A stretch of 64,000 bases of DNA, from positions 1-64,000 of the forward strand of contig NIVC01001470.1 in the NCBI GenBank assembly GCA_002269645.1. Direction: 5' to 3'. Under the pieces are notes generated by a model, which did no database searches, had not been told where the DNA came from, and was given only the letters and a program-made list of their open reading frames with translations. The stretch is from Macrostomum lignano (taxonomy: Eukaryota). Below, in pieces: positions 46,548 to 60,550 of this stretch; the stretch's first letter is position 1, and each line of letters starts with the position of its first letter. A program made the position numbers and the translations under genes.

Positions 46548-47270
46548 AGAGATTAGCTAGTCATTGTGTGCTCACCTGAAAGCAGATTAGCTAGTCATTG
46601 TGTGCTCAGTTGAAAGCAGATTAGCTAGTCATTGTGTGCTCAGTTGAAAGCAGATTAGCTAGTCATTGTGTGCTCACCTGAAAGCAGATTAGCTAGTCAT
46701 TGTGTGCTCACCTGAAAGCAGATTAGCTAGTCATTGTGTGCTCACCTGAAAGCAGATTAGCTAGTCATTGTGTGCTCAGTTGAAAGCAGATTAGCTAGTC
46801 ATTGTGTGCTCACCTGAAAGCAGATTAGCTAGTCATTGTGTGCTCACCTGAAAGCAGATTAGCTAGTCATTGTGTGCTCACCTGAAAGCAGATTAGCTAG
46901 TCATTGTGTGCTCACCTGAAAGCAGATTAGCTAGTCATTGTGTGCTCACCTGAAAGCAGATTAGCTAGTCATTGTGTGCTCACCTGAAAGCAGATTAGCT
47001 AGTCATTGTGTGCTCAGCTGAAAGCACATTAGCTAGTCATTGTGTGCTCACCTGAAAGCAGATTAGCTAGTCATTGTGTGCTCACCTGAAAGCAGATTAG
47101 CTAGTCATTGTGTGCTCACCTGAAAGCAGATTAGCTAGTCATTGTGTGCTCACCTGAAAGCAGATTAGCTAGTCATTGTGTGCTCACCTGAAAGCAGATT
47201 AGCTAGTCATTGTGTGCTCAGTTGAAAGCAGATTAGCTAGTCATTGTGTGCTCACCTGAAAGCAGATTAG
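46548..47270 (-). repeat. 34-bp array, about 21 copies; minus-strand unit GTGAGCACACAATGACTAGCTAATCTGCTTTCAG
   Basis: Period 34 (TCATTG at 46561 and 46595). Confidence 0.97.
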
Positions 47271-47484
47271 CTGATTACTTGTTCGAGTAGATGGTGAACA
47301 AAGGGCGAGTTGTCACTCAGGAAAGAGGCGAGAGACGAGAATACCTGGTAGTCATTTGTATTTGTAAGTACGAGCTTACTTGCAAACGATTCACCGCTGT
47401 GACAACGCTGTGAAACTAGCGAGAGACAATTAGATAACATTTGATGTGTGTGCGGCATCATGAGTGAAATTTCAAGTTAATGAT

Positions 47485-47955
<471 letters not shown>

Positions 47956-49368
47956 TAGTGGATTTGGGGAACTGGATGGAACTCAAGCATATTCGCATTA
48001 TTCAGCTTTCCTTCCTAATCCTGATTGGCTTTCTTGCTGCTGGACTGTCAAAGTGCGTTGGCAGGGTTTGGGATCTGTAGCAGCAGAGAAGGAAGGCCAG
48101 CAGCCCTGCCCCCCTGTCCTTCGTCTCCCCCGAGCCTCGCTTGCCGCACCCGGGGGGGGAGGCAGTTGCTCTATTTTCGTCCTGTCTGCAGGGGGTCCGC
48201 GACGGCGGGCTTTGAGAGGCGGCGGGGCAGGGGATGGGGAGGGACAGGAGACGCGGGTAGCCTGGGATCTGTCCGTATAGCCAGCGATCCCTTCCCCCCA
48301 GCCCCACCCAATCCGTCCGGACCGAGTGAATGCATGCTTACCAGGCCAGCCACCCTCGCCATCCTATTTTCTGGCCCTTCATTCGCTTAAAAACTCCCCT
48401 ACCCCGCCCTCTATTCTTCCCACACTGCGCCCAGCAGCAATCAACTACATACCTACTGTAGTGTTGTAAAGTGTAAAGTCGACTTTGAAGAAGCCCGGGT
48501 CTCTCAGAGCCTCCCACCGGCGCATAACCAGAGAGGCCAATCGGACACTGCAGCAAAGCGGCAACCCCCGCCCCTGCCGCTTGCTCACCACCGTGCACTC
48601 TTCTCAACACTAGTGTGCGGAGCAGAGAGAGAGAGGGAAACTCAACTCTACCTTGTCCAGAGAAAAACCCTGTCTCAACCCCTGATTGGAGAACTCGAGC
48701 AAAAAAGCAATCGGGGCCGACAAGCACCCAACAAAAGCCAGTGATGCTTGTGCACGCGACGAAATAAGTAGCTGGAAATCGATACTCCCAGTCTCTGTTT
48801 TGTCGCTTCCCCTGCTTTTGATTCGATATCCCGCATTGCTGAGATCTGCATCGCAGTTTCTTGTCGCGCATTCGACAGCTTACCTGAGCAAGGCACAAAC
48901 CAGTTCAGATAGAGACGGAGAGGGAACCGAGCTCTCCCTCGCTCTCTCTCGGCACCTCGGTCGCAAATGCTGCAGCAGTTATTGCCGGCACCTCTTGTCG
49001 CTGGAATCGTCCACTTGGGACAGCTGAAATAAGCCAGTCTATAGCCAGCGAGTTGCCGGGGACGGAGACAGCTGAGAGACACAGAGAGCTCGAGTGTGCC
49101 AGCAAGACGCGGAGGAAAGACTAGTCCAACTAAAAAAAGATCGAAGGCAAGACAAGCAATCAGGCTCTGTCTTTTTTTCTGTTTTTATTCACTGCCGCCA
49201 GCGGTGACTGCCCTGCCGATTCGCGAAGCCCCTCCGGATCGGGACTCCCGCGGGCAGCAGCGCAGGGAAAGAACAACACTAATTCTGTTGCTACGAAAAC
49301 AAAACAAAGGCGCAGTCGTCGACGACTGCTTTTAGCGCTCTGAACCTCAGCCGGACTAAGAAAAGTGA

Positions 49369-50061
49369 ATGGACGAAGGGCCGGGTGTGGAACAGCAGCA
49401 GCAGCAGCTACAGCCGCTGGAGCCTACGCAGCAGCCGCATCCGATCCTGCGAAAGAAGCGGCTCAACCAAGACAGCAACTCGGCGTCAAATCATCACGTT
49501 CGAATAGCTCCGTCGCCGACCAGCCACGACGAGAACGAGAACGAAGATGATGGGATCGTCGAGGAGCCGTGGAAAGACAGGGAAAATCCTTTTCGACCTG
49601 GCAGCGACCTGGACCGCCAGGCGGACAGTTTGTTAAGAAATTCGCGCATATCCCGGAACTCTGTTCACCTGGCGCAGTTGGAAACCGATTCCGAGCAAAA
49701 ACCAGAGCACGAAGCTGAACAGAAAACGGAAGCAGCATCAACAGAGGCGACAGCAGATCCTACGACGGCTACATTGGAGGCGACACTCCGCGAAGACACG
49801 GTCGGACTGCTGACGCCGTCGATGGCGGTGGCTGCCATCATTGCAGACGACGCTGCTGATTCCTCTGGGCCGGACGACGAGCCAGAGGAGCTGCTGGTCG
49901 CTTCAACGTCCGCCCCAGCCGCCGCCTCGTCCGCCCCTCCGAATCGCCAACAGGAGGCTCCGAATGGGTCAGCATCGCCGAAAACAAAAGCGCCGACAAA
50001 GGAGGCAGCTGGTCCTGTCCAAGCCAAGGGAGTCGGTCGGGCCTGCTGCGACCTTATGTGA
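49369..50061 (+). CDS. Hypothetical acidic, disordered protein (230 aa) with ENPFRPGSDLDRQAD motif and C-terminal CCDLM (CaaX-like)
   Basis: ATG-started ORF with coding-like composition, ending in Cys-Cys-x-Leu-Met. Confidence 0.7.
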   Translation: MDEGPGVEQQQQQLQPLEPTQQPHPILRKKRLNQDSNSASNHHVRIAPSPTSHDENENEDDGIVEEPWKDRENPFRPGSDLDRQADSLLRNSRISRNSVHLAQLETDSEQKPEHEAEQKTEAASTEATADPTTATLEATLREDTVGLLTPSMAVAAIIADDAADSSGPDDEPEELLVASTSAPAAASSAPPNRQQEAPNGSASPKTKAPTKEAAGPVQAKGVGRACCDLM

Positions 50062-53008
50062 ACCTTCGGGGTCGGATCGCCTGGCCCCATTGTCCATCCC
50101 GACACTCGGCACTTAACGCGAAAAACTCCCGGTCGATTCTGTCCCGTTGCCGCACCATCTCAAACTGCTCCCCTTCTACACTCGTTTTTCCGTGCTTCGC
50201 GATCGCTTTAATAATATCCTTGTTGCTTACTTGGTAAGGTCGGGCTATCATTTCTTGAGTCACATCTGCGTTCCTAGTAACAAATCGACACGTGTACCGC
50301 ATTTCATTGGGCGGTACGAGGTGATGTGCAGTATGGAGCGGATTAAAGCTGTTGCAGAAAAAAACGGAAAATTAATTTAAAAAGCGAAAAGGGACTAATA
50401 TTATTAGCTTAGGCAATAAAAGTCAAGTTTATTATCATTCATTTGCTGATACTGATCAGTTAGTATTGTGACAGCTTTCATTTTTTGATTTTCGCGTTTT
50501 TTAAAGTACATAATCTAATATTTTAAATGTGCAATTTGAATAAGTTTACGTAATCTATAAATTCGGTCATTTCATCAATTGTAACCCAGTTACATTTAAT
50601 TATTGTACTTCTCAATGCCATACTGCATGTAGTGTATTGTATTCTATACATGTATATCGGTATATTCTAGATTTTTCAGTTCCAAAAAGCATTCATATGT
50701 AAGCATCGGTTATTTACAGTCATTGTTCCTTTTTATTCGAGTCTGAATTGAAAATTCAAAAACATTTTGCTTATCTGCAGCTTTTGGGCTCTTCTGTTAG
50801 AACTGCGTCGCAATACTGTTTCATCATCTGAAAATGCTGTTTAAAGGGAACTTGAATTGTTCCAGCCCACAGATTTAAACAACTGAAAATTCACTCACAG
50901 ATTCTTGCAAAGTATCATTATTAATTTTATTTTTTTCTTTGCGATTAAACCCGTAAATTTCACGATGATTATTATGCGTAAGCAAGTAAAATTGTATCCG
51001 ATCGTATAAATATACATTTTACATTCGTGCTAGAGACTCCTATATTCTTCACATGCGCATGTAAAATAGCACATGTTGCCATAAATTGGTTTTTTATTTT
51101 TATTTAAACTGCTGTGTAAGAAGTATAAAGGAAGCGATTGTAAGATTGCCGTTTTTGGCGTATGAAACATTCGAAATTTGTTATTCTGCATAGATTCTCT
51201 TCACGTGAAGAAGAATGTTAAATTTGTCCAGGACACTTCCTAATTCATACTTAATAAAATAATGCAAAAAAAGCTTAAAATAAAGCAGTTTACTGGTAGT
51301 TTGTAAGGAATAAACAAATTTAATGCTTGTTCCTACGATTCGTACGACAGAAACTAAAGTGTCTGTAGAAGTGTCTGAATAAGTGTCGGCCAATGTTTCA
51401 TACGTCGATTTTGTAGTATATCTTGTCAATTGTCAAACGCAACATTTTGTTTAAATAACAGAACGCCAACTATTACAATCACTAACTAAGTTTAACAGGT
51501 TACTTAAGTTAAGTTTCAACCGACGGTTTTTGCTTCAGTATAAGGCATTGAATAGTTTATATTTTTTAAACTTTGAATCAATCAATAATTCATGAAAAAC
51601 ATAAATTTACTTAATTGTTTCCAAGACATTCAATTAGGTGACCTGTGTGTCAGTATTGTGCCCATCACGGAAGTAACATTGTCATTGATTAAAGCGTTTG
51701 TTCCATAAAATTATACCTTGTTCGTTAGTTGCGTTAAGTGATGTCGCATTGCGCAAAGCACACTGTTCAACCGGTTAGCCGAATTAGACCAGAGAAGAGA
51801 CAAACTGCACCGCGAAAAAAACGAAGATTAGGGAGAAAGTCATTTGTAAAAGTTTGCCACAAACTGCACTCGCTTCCTACACGTTTTTTGGTGCGGACTT
51901 TGCTGCTTTTGCAGGGTTGAGGGGCGGCCGGCGGTCACACGGCTTAACCCCCGAGGCCTGCATGGGCTAGAATTCCAAAAACAGCCAAGCGAGGCGAGGG
52001 AGAGCATTAAAAGTGCACAATAATATGCGGGAAGGAGGCGACATTCCATTCCTTTGCACTCGGAATATATTCTCTTTCCCTCTCAGGCCCCAACCCCCCC
52101 GGGTTCCTAACCCCTTAAAGCCCACCGAGACTAGCGCCTCACATAATATTATTAGCAAGCAGTATACAACACCAAGTGGAGCGGAGGAGAGGTTAAGGGG
52201 AAGAGATATTGTGGCTTTTAGCATTGCAGGGCACGTGCATTGCCCGTTGCAAGCCCTGGATAAAGCACATACACACACAAATTTAATGCCCAAACTATTA
52301 TAGGAATTAGGGACTGTTATTTTCTAATACGGTGAGTACGGTCCACGACTCAACAGTCAAGTGCAGACACATAAGACTTGAATTTCTAATAGGAAAGGGA
52401 GAGAGCGAGTGCGAATGACAGTACTGGGCCGAGTTTTTTGGCCAACTGCCAGAATAAATTACTATAATAATGTCATCAGTCTTCTTTTGCCTCTATTCAT
52501 ATCAGATCTTAGACAGCTCTGATTGCACACCCTGCTGAGTCAAGCAGCGTGAGTCGCGTGGCTCATTTAGTCGCAAAGCCCCAGCAATATTTGTTCTCAA
52601 AGTCAGGCCCTGTTCTCGAGTTGAGGCCGGAAAATCAGCGCGATATGAAAACAAATGTTTGTGCAGCCACGGGCCACGTGGGAGAAGGTTCAAGATAAAT
52701 GGCTATTTATATATCTGCGAGTGTTTCTTCGGCAACTTTGCGTTATTATATATTGGCCAACCGGTTACGTAACTGGCATGCACAGTTGGGGACACTCGAG
52801 TTGATTGCATCTGATTGCTGGATTTTATTTCTAGAAATTTATGGGCCAGATAGAAACGCAAAATTGCTGCTAAAGTCAAAAATTCTTTATAGCTTTTCGA
52901 TTCTGTGCTGGATTGCTTGCTGATGAAAGCAATTGATTGAATGAGAACCGAATAGAAACGAATTGATGAAGGAAACGACAGCGGCGTTAATGAGGGAGGA
53001 GAGAGCCA

Positions 53009-53605
53009 GGTTCAATAGAAGAGTCAGGTCTAATAGGAGAGAGTCAGGTCTAATAGGAGAGAGTCAGGTCTAATAGGAGAGAGTCAGGTCTAATAGGAGA
53101 GAGTCAGGTCTAATAGGAGAGAGTCAGGTCTAATAGGAGAGAGTCAGGTCTAATAGGAGAGTCAGTTCTAAAAGGAGAGTCCAGATCTAATAGGAGAGAG
53201 TCAGGTCTAGTAAGAGAAAGTCAGGTCCAGTAAGAGAGAGTCAGGTCCAGTGGAGAGAGTCAGGTCCAGTAAGAAAAAGTCAGGTCCAGTGGAGAGAGTC
53301 AGGTCCAGTAAGAGAGAGTCAGGTCCAGTGGAGAGAGTCTGGTCCAGTGGGGAGAGTCAGGTCCAGTGGAGAGACTCAGGTCCAGTAAGAGAGAGTCAGG
53401 TCCAGTGGAGAGAGTCAGGTCCAGTGGAGAGAATCAGGTCCAGTAAGAAAGAGTCAGGTCCAGTGGAGAGAGTCAGGTCCAGTAAGAGAGAGTCAGGTCC
53501 AGTGGAGAGAATCAGGTCCAGTAAGAAAGAGTCAGGTCCAGTGGAGAGAGTCAGGTCCAGTGGAGAGAGTCAGATCTAGTAAGAGAGAGTCAGGTCCAGT
53601 GGAGA
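53009..53605 (+). repeat. 19-20-bp array (GGAGAGAGTCAGGTCTAATA / GAGAGAGTCAGGTCCAGT)n
   Basis: Direct reading; homogeneous 20-mer first, then a degenerate variant. Confidence 0.93.
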
Positions 53606-54775
53606 GTCATGTCAAAAAATCTACAAACCCCAACCCACAATCCACAATTCAAAAACTACAAACCAGAATCCAGAACTTCACCATCAAACATTGAGGCGAA
53701 TGTCTCAATCTGATATCAGATTTGGTCCCAGAAACTGCGCCATCAATGCAGACAGATGCCTCAGCTGCTGCTCAAACTGAATCGGTCAAGTTGACAATCC
53801 TCTATCGCCCTCTCCCTGGCCCAACGGCAAAATCGATCGGCGAGAAATCAATGCCCAATACTACAAACGACGCTGTTTGCCTCGAACCACCACGCAAAAT
53901 CCTGGGAAAGCAAACAGCGCTGCCAAGTCCCTGGCCTCTTCCCGCGAACCCCGCCCCCCGTTCATTTTCTCCCAAATCGAGCCTGATCCCCCATGCAATT
54001 CCCAAGCAACCTCGAGGGGATTTCTGTCTTTATATTAGCCACGCTGACTGAGTGCGAGTTGCGGGGGACCCCGAGGTGAAAAGCAATTATATTGGCTAGC
54101 TAGACTGGGCTTAGTATCGCATACAGGAAACTCAGCTGATGTACATACAGACCGCAAACCAAGGACACCCAGGGCCAGAGCCTGGAGTAGCAACTTCCCT
54201 AAACCTCATCTTTCCAGACAACTGTAGGCCGACTGCAGCTTACCTACTGCGCTCCGATGTGCCAGCGGCCCAGGCTCGATTCCAAGTGCAGTCACATAAA
54301 TTTTAGGCCGAATTCGAATCTCGACTCGGCTCTGCTCGTGCAATTAACGCTCTTGAGGGCCAATCGAAGTTTAATAAAAGATGACCCAGAGAAACTCCAC
54401 CTGGCTTTTCTAAGTAAACTGAAGCACTTCAGTCAGCCTGAAGTTGTCAGAAAATTGGGAATTTTGGGAAAGAGTTTGGATTCTGGTTCTCCTTGAAACC
54501 AGCTCATCCCCACTCTCTCTCTCTCTGCCCCTCTCGCCCAGAATCCTCCAGACTACGAGTATAAGTGTACTTTCTGTTTACGTACTCTACATCAAAATCG
54601 GCGGGCCAGCCTCCCCCGTCTGTCTGCTCTCACTCTCTCCCCCGCATTCTGCTTGATTCGCATGACAAAGTTTCCTTATGCATTGTATATAGAATATACT
54701 AATAATAATGATATAATAACATAAGGTAGCTGCAGACGTCTGGACAGAATACCGGGCTCTCATGTATTACCGGAC

Positions 54776-54837
54776 AGTGCAGACAGACAGACAGACAGAC
54801 AGACAGAAAGACAGACAGACACTAAGGCAGACAGACC

Positions 54838-54885
<48 letters not shown>

Positions 54886-54976
54886 CTAAGACAGACACTA
54901 AGACAGACAGACAGACAGACAGACACTAAGACAGACAGACAGACAGACACTAAGACAGACACTAAGACAGACACTA

Positions 54977-55009
<33 letters not shown>

Positions 55010-55105
55010 TACAGACACACAGACAGACAGACACTCTGACAGACAGACACTCTGACAGACAGACGGACAGACAGACAGACAGACACTCTGACAGACAGAC
55101 ACTCT

Positions 55106-55145
<40 letters not shown>

Positions 55146-55148
55146 GTC

Positions 55149-55189
<41 letters not shown>

Positions 55190-55190
55190 C

Positions 55191-55228
<38 letters not shown>
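54776..55228 (+). repeat. (GACA)n microsatellite with CACTAA/CACTCT interruptions
   Basis: Direct reading. Confidence 0.97.
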
Positions 55229-56589
55229 GGACTAGCGGTCGGACATAACCAAAACCTAAATTTCTCTTTCTCTCAAGAGCCCCAAGCCAGCAACCAGTTT
55301 CTGCACAAACAGCATTTTATTGTCGCCAATCAAATTATTGCTGGTGAATGTAAATATTTTTATTATTTTGCAATGCAATATTGTTATTCACTGGTGTGTA
55401 CAAGAAGTTATGAATAATAATTTTGCTTTTATAGGGCTAAGAGTTTTGCACGATTTGCTTGAAATGGCTTTTGCCACTGCTTGAGCTGTGCAGTAAAGAA
55501 TTAATATTCTGCAGGCGTGGGACTAATTACTAATGTGAATTTATGACTGGAGCGGAATTGACACTATAGGCTGCAATATGGAAGCCTGCATGCAATGCAT
55601 AAATATGGATTGTAAGCCCCTATCAAGCGAGGCTTCTGAGGAATTAGAGGTCCTCCTCTTTTTGTACTGTAATATCGCTGACGTCAAGGACCACTATTGA
55701 CTCTACTTGGACTGGAAGCGATTGGCAGAAACGCTTCAAACCAGTTCACTACGAGGCGGGGGGTGTCCGGAAAGTTCTGACACTTAATCCCGGAGCAAAA
55801 AACTGTGTTCATGTTAAAGCAACAGATTTCTTCTTTCTAATCACCTCAATATCGTATTTTTTGGTCAGGCATAAAAAATTATCGTAATGCCACTGACTGG
55901 CAACGAATGTAAAAAGGTTTGGTTTGTCCTTATACTCGTAGAAACAAATTGTTGGCTTTATTCATCATCATCGGGCTTAAAGGCAGCCTTCTCAACACTG
56001 CAGCAACACACTTCTCCTATCGCTTGAGCATCCCGTCAGTCGCATCAGAGTAGCACTGTCCTGAAAGACCATGGGATAAACCTTGCCCTCCAAATGATCC
56101 CTGCTACATGTTGGCATAAACTCGCCCCTCATACCGGTACGGTTCTTCAGCTGTGGAAAAATAAAGAAATCCGGAGCCCGTTTCGTGCTTGTAGCTTGTT
56201 TAGCTTCCAGTCCAGGGAGTCAGCAGCAGTCCCTGGCTTACATATACACCGTATTATAGAGCTATTGGATAATTTTGATTTATGGGGATCTAACAACAGA
56301 TGCTGCTTGGGGGAATGTGCACACACAACTGCGAGAGAGAGAGAGAGAGAGGACGGGTTGGGCCGGTGACCTCAAGCAGGCACAGCATGCGGCACGCAGT
56401 GGCTCAGCAGGGAACACTGCGGGATCGGGTCAGCTTGGCATTTTTGATAAAAAAGGTTTTTTGAAAATGTCAAAATATTTTGCGCGAAGGATGTGACAAG
56501 AGAATTTGTGCGGCTGGTGCCGAATCATCAAGACTATGAATTCTGTGCAGATTTTAACTGCATGTCATTGAGGTTCAAACTCTAACAAG

Positions 56590-57620
56590 GCGGATCGCAA
56601 CACTATCAAGGTTGATCGCAACACTATCAAGGTTGATTGCAACTCAATCAGAGTTTGATTGCAGTTCTATCAAGGTTGATTGCAACACTAATGAATGTTG
56701 ATTGCAATTCTATCAAGGTTGATTGCAACTCTATCAGGGTTGGTTGCAACTCCATCAAGGTTGATTGCAACTCCATCAAGGTTGATTGCAACTCTAATGA
56801 ATGTTGATTGCAATTCTATCAAGGTTGATTGCAACACTATCAAGGTTGATTGCAACTCAATCAGGGTTTGATTGCAATTCTATCAAGGTTGATTGCAACT
56901 CCATCAAGGTTGATTGCAACTCTAATGAATGTTGATTGCAATTCTATCAAGGTTGATTGCAACTCAATCAGGGTTTGATTGCAATTCTATCAAGGTTGAT
57001 TGCAACTCAATCAGGGTTTGATTGCAATTCTATCAAGGTTGATTGCAAATCTATCAAGGTTGATTGCAATTCTATCAAGGTTGATTGCAACTCTATCAAG
57101 GTTGATTGCAACACAATCAGGGTTTGATTGCAAATCTATCAAGGTTGATTGCAACTCCATCAAGGTTGATTGCAACTCAATCAGGGTTTGATTGCAATTC
57201 TATCAAGGTTGATTGCAACTCAATCAGGGTTTGATTGCAACTCTATCAAGGTTGATTGCAACTCCATCAAGGTTGATTGCAACTCTATCAAGGTTGATTG
57301 CAACTCAATCAGGGTTTGGTTGCAACTTTTTCAAGGGTTGATTGCAGTTCTATCAAGGTTGATTGCAACACAATCAGGGTTTATTGCAATTCTATCAAGG
57401 TTGATTGCAACTCAATCAGGGTTTGATTGCAACTCTATCAAGGTTGATTGCAACTCTATCAAGGTTGATTGCAACTCTAATGAATGTTGATTGCAATTCT
57501 ATCAAGGTTGATTGCAACTCAATCAGGGTTTGATTGCAACTTTATCAAGGTTGATTGCAACACAATTAGGGTTTGATTGCAATTCTATCAAGGTTGATTG
57601 CAATTCTATCAAGGTTGATT
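56590..57620 (+). repeat. ~21-bp array (AAGGTTGATTGCAACTCTATC)n with CAATCAGGGTTTG variant units
   Basis: Period 21 (57441, 57462). Confidence 0.95.
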
Positions 57621-58310
57621 GTAGCTCTAACGAGGAAGTGGACTGCAGGTTGGTAAAGCCTATATAGCCTGAAATGACTGAAAGAAAATGAACTATCGAC
57701 TCAGTCTCCCTGCAAGTGATCGCAAATTAATGCTCCTTAGAAGGGATATGAAGCTTGAAGCTCCTATTGACTCGGCCATTAATCCCGCGGGTTCCAACGC
57801 CACATCAGCAGGCAGCTGCAGCCGAAAAAGGGCGCTGACTGTGATATGGGAGAAATGCTAATGAAGTCGGGCGGCGCCGGTGCGAAATTCCTACAGAAAG
57901 CGCGGAGATCTCGAGGAACCCCCCCCCCTTCGGCCATTATGCAGCTGCGGCATGCTGGACTGGGGGGGGGGGTTGCACCGACCCATCGAGCTGAAGAAGG
58001 CGACTTCGTTAGGCCGAGTTGTGGCAGCTGAGGGAGAGAGTGAGAAATTTCGCAACCCCCCCCCATAAACAAATAGTAATGGCCCAACAGTTCACAGCGC
58101 GCGAGATTCTGCGGCCATGAATTCATTTTTTATCTTTCTTCACCCGGGCGTTGGTGAGAAAGGCTATGCGAGAATTTTTTAAGGCCTTGTAGCGGTTGCG
58201 TATCCTGAGGGCTTCTGAGACACCCCCACTCTGCAGCTATCCAGTCAAAATTTATCCTAGTGGCTGGCTGGGATCCTGGACGGCATCCCCATTCAACAGA
58301 GGCCTCAGTC

Positions 58311-59325
58311 TCGCTGTCTCCCCGTCTTCCTGTCTCCCCGTCTCCCTGTCTCCCTCTCTCCCTGTCTCCCTCTCTCCCTGTCTCCCTCTCTCCCTGTCTC
58401 CCTCTCTCCCTCTCTCCCTGTCTTCCTCTCTCCCTCTCTCCCTCCCTCCCTGTCTCCCTGTCTCCCTCTCTCCCTCTCTCCCTGTCTCCCTCTCTCCCTG
58501 TCTCCCTCTCTCCCTCTCTCCCTGTCTCCCTCTCTCCCTCTCTCCCTGTCTCCCTCTTACTGTCTCCCTCTTACTGTCTCCCTGTCTCCCTGTCTCCCTC
58601 TCTCCCTGTCTCCCTGTCTCCCTCTCTCCCTGTCTCCCTGTCTCCCTCTCTCCCTCTCTCCCTGTCTCCCTCTCTCCCTCTCTCCCTGTCTCCCTCTCTC
58701 CCTCTCTCCCTGTCTCCCTCTTACTGTCTCCCTCTTACTGTCTTCCTGTCTCCCCGTCTCCCCGTCTCCCCGTCTCCCTGTCTCCCTCTCTCCGTCTCCC
58801 TCTCTCCCTGTCTCCCTGTCTCCCTGTCTCCCTCTCTCCCTCTCTCCCTGTCTCCCTCTCTCCCTCTCTCCCTGTCTTCCTCTCTCCCTCTCTCCCTGTC
58901 TCCCTCTTACTGTCTCCCTCTTACTGTCTCCCTGTCTCCCTGTCTCCCTCTCTCCCTGTCTCCCTGTCTCCCTGTCTCCCTCTCTCCCTCTCTCCCTGTC
59001 TCCCTCTCTCCCTCTCTCCCTGTCTTCCTCTCTCCCTGTCTCCCTCTTACTGTCTCCCTGTCCCCCTCTATCCCTCTCTCCCTCTCTCCCTCCCTCCCTC
59101 TCTGACTGTCTCCCTCTCTCCCTCTCTCCCTCTCTCCTTGTCTCCCTCTCTCTTTGTCTCCGTCTCTCCCTGTCTCCCTCTCTCCCTGTCTCCCTCTTAC
59201 TGTCTCCCTGTCCCCCTCTCTCCCTCTCTCCCTCTCTCCCTCTCTCCCTCTCTCCCTCTCTGACTGTCTCCCTCTCTCCCTCTCTCCCTCTCTCCCTGTC
59301 TCCCTCTCTCCCTGTCTCCCTCTCC
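58311..59325 (+). repeat. Pyrimidine-rich 8-bp repeat (TCCCTCTC/TCCCTGTC)n
   Basis: Direct reading. Confidence 0.96.
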
Positions 59326-59784
59326 GCACCTTTTGTATTTGCTTCGCACACCAGATTTTTCTCTCAGCGTAAAAGTGGTTAGTTACTTAAAAGAAGCAAG
59401 CCAAAGATTAAGCTGATTCAAGTGCTGAAGGAAATCATCATTTCCGTTCTGTGAACTGTGCAGATTTATTTTTGCAGAGCAGGTTTTGCTTTCATTACGC
59501 TTCGTTGAAATTCAGAATTTCAGTTTTGCATGGTTTTTGCCATTCGAAGATGCAACACAGACTGGCTGGTGGGGGGACCGCAACTGCGCAGCATCGAGTA
59601 GCTGCTCCATCGAATTCCTCGGAGCAGGGGGGGGGGCACAGCGCAGTGATTTGAGGTCTGCTTCTGCTTTTCTGAATCAAAATTTTCCAACTTGAATTCG
59701 ATGGCTGTTCCTGTAGCTGAAAATCTGCGCAGCAGTTTAATTAAATCAGATAGTTTCCGGGAATTGAAAAAATCCCGCAGAGCA

Positions 59785-60550
59785 GCTGGCAAAGTAGCTG
59801 GCAAAGTAGCTGGCAAAGTAGCTGGCAAAGGAGCTGGCAAAGTAGCTGGCAAAGGAGCTGGCAAAGTAGCTGGCAAAGGAGCTGGCAAAGTAGCTGGCAA
59901 AGGAGCTGGCAAAGTAGCTGGCAAAGGAGCTGGCAAAGTAGCTGGCAAAGGAGCTGGCAAAGGAGCTGGCAAAGTAGATGGCAAAGGAGCTGGCAAAGTA
60001 GCTGGCAAAGTAGCTGGCAAAGGAGATGGCAAAGTAGCTGGCAAAGTAGCTGGCAAAGTAGCTGACAAAGTAGCTGGCAAAGTAGCTGGCAAAGGAGCTG
60101 GAAAAGTAGCTGGCAAAGGAGCTGGCAAAAGGGATGACAAAGGAGATGACAAAGGAGATGACAAAGGAGATGACAAAGGAGATGGCAAAAGTGATGGCAA
60201 AACAGCTGGAAGAGAAGCTGGCAAAGGAACTATCAGAGGAGCTGGCAAAAGAACTATCAGAGGAGCTGGCAAAGGAACTAGCGGAGGAGCTGGCAAAGGA
60301 ACTATCAGAGGAGCTGGCAAAGGAACTAGCGGAGGAGCTGGCAAAGGAACTATCAGAGGAGCTGGCAAAGGAACTATCAGAGGAGCTGGCAAAGGAACTA
60401 TCAGAGGAGCTGGCAAAGGAACTATCAGAGGAGCTGGCAAAGGAACTATCAGAGGAGCTGGCAAAAGAACTATCAGAGGAGCTGGCAAAGGAACTAGCGG
60501 AGGAGCTGGCACAGGAGCTGGCAGACGAGCTGGCAAAGTAGCTGGCAAAG
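59785..60550 (+). repeat. 12-bp (GCTGGCAAAG[T/G]A)n array grading into 24-bp (GCTGGCAAAGGAACTATCAGAGGA)n
   Basis: Direct reading. Confidence 0.95.

Noticed and set aside
46548-47270. CRISPR-like arrays (34-bp here, 35-bp at 38176-38405)
   Set aside because: Units are contiguous with no unique spacers, no cas genes are present and the context is eukaryotic.
55880-56075. Minus-strand GQCYSDA...FYIRC resembling hAT transposase GQCYDGA...FVHC
   Set aside because: The spacing is wrong, two stops intervene and no other transposase motif or TIR is seen, so it is too weak without an HMM hit.
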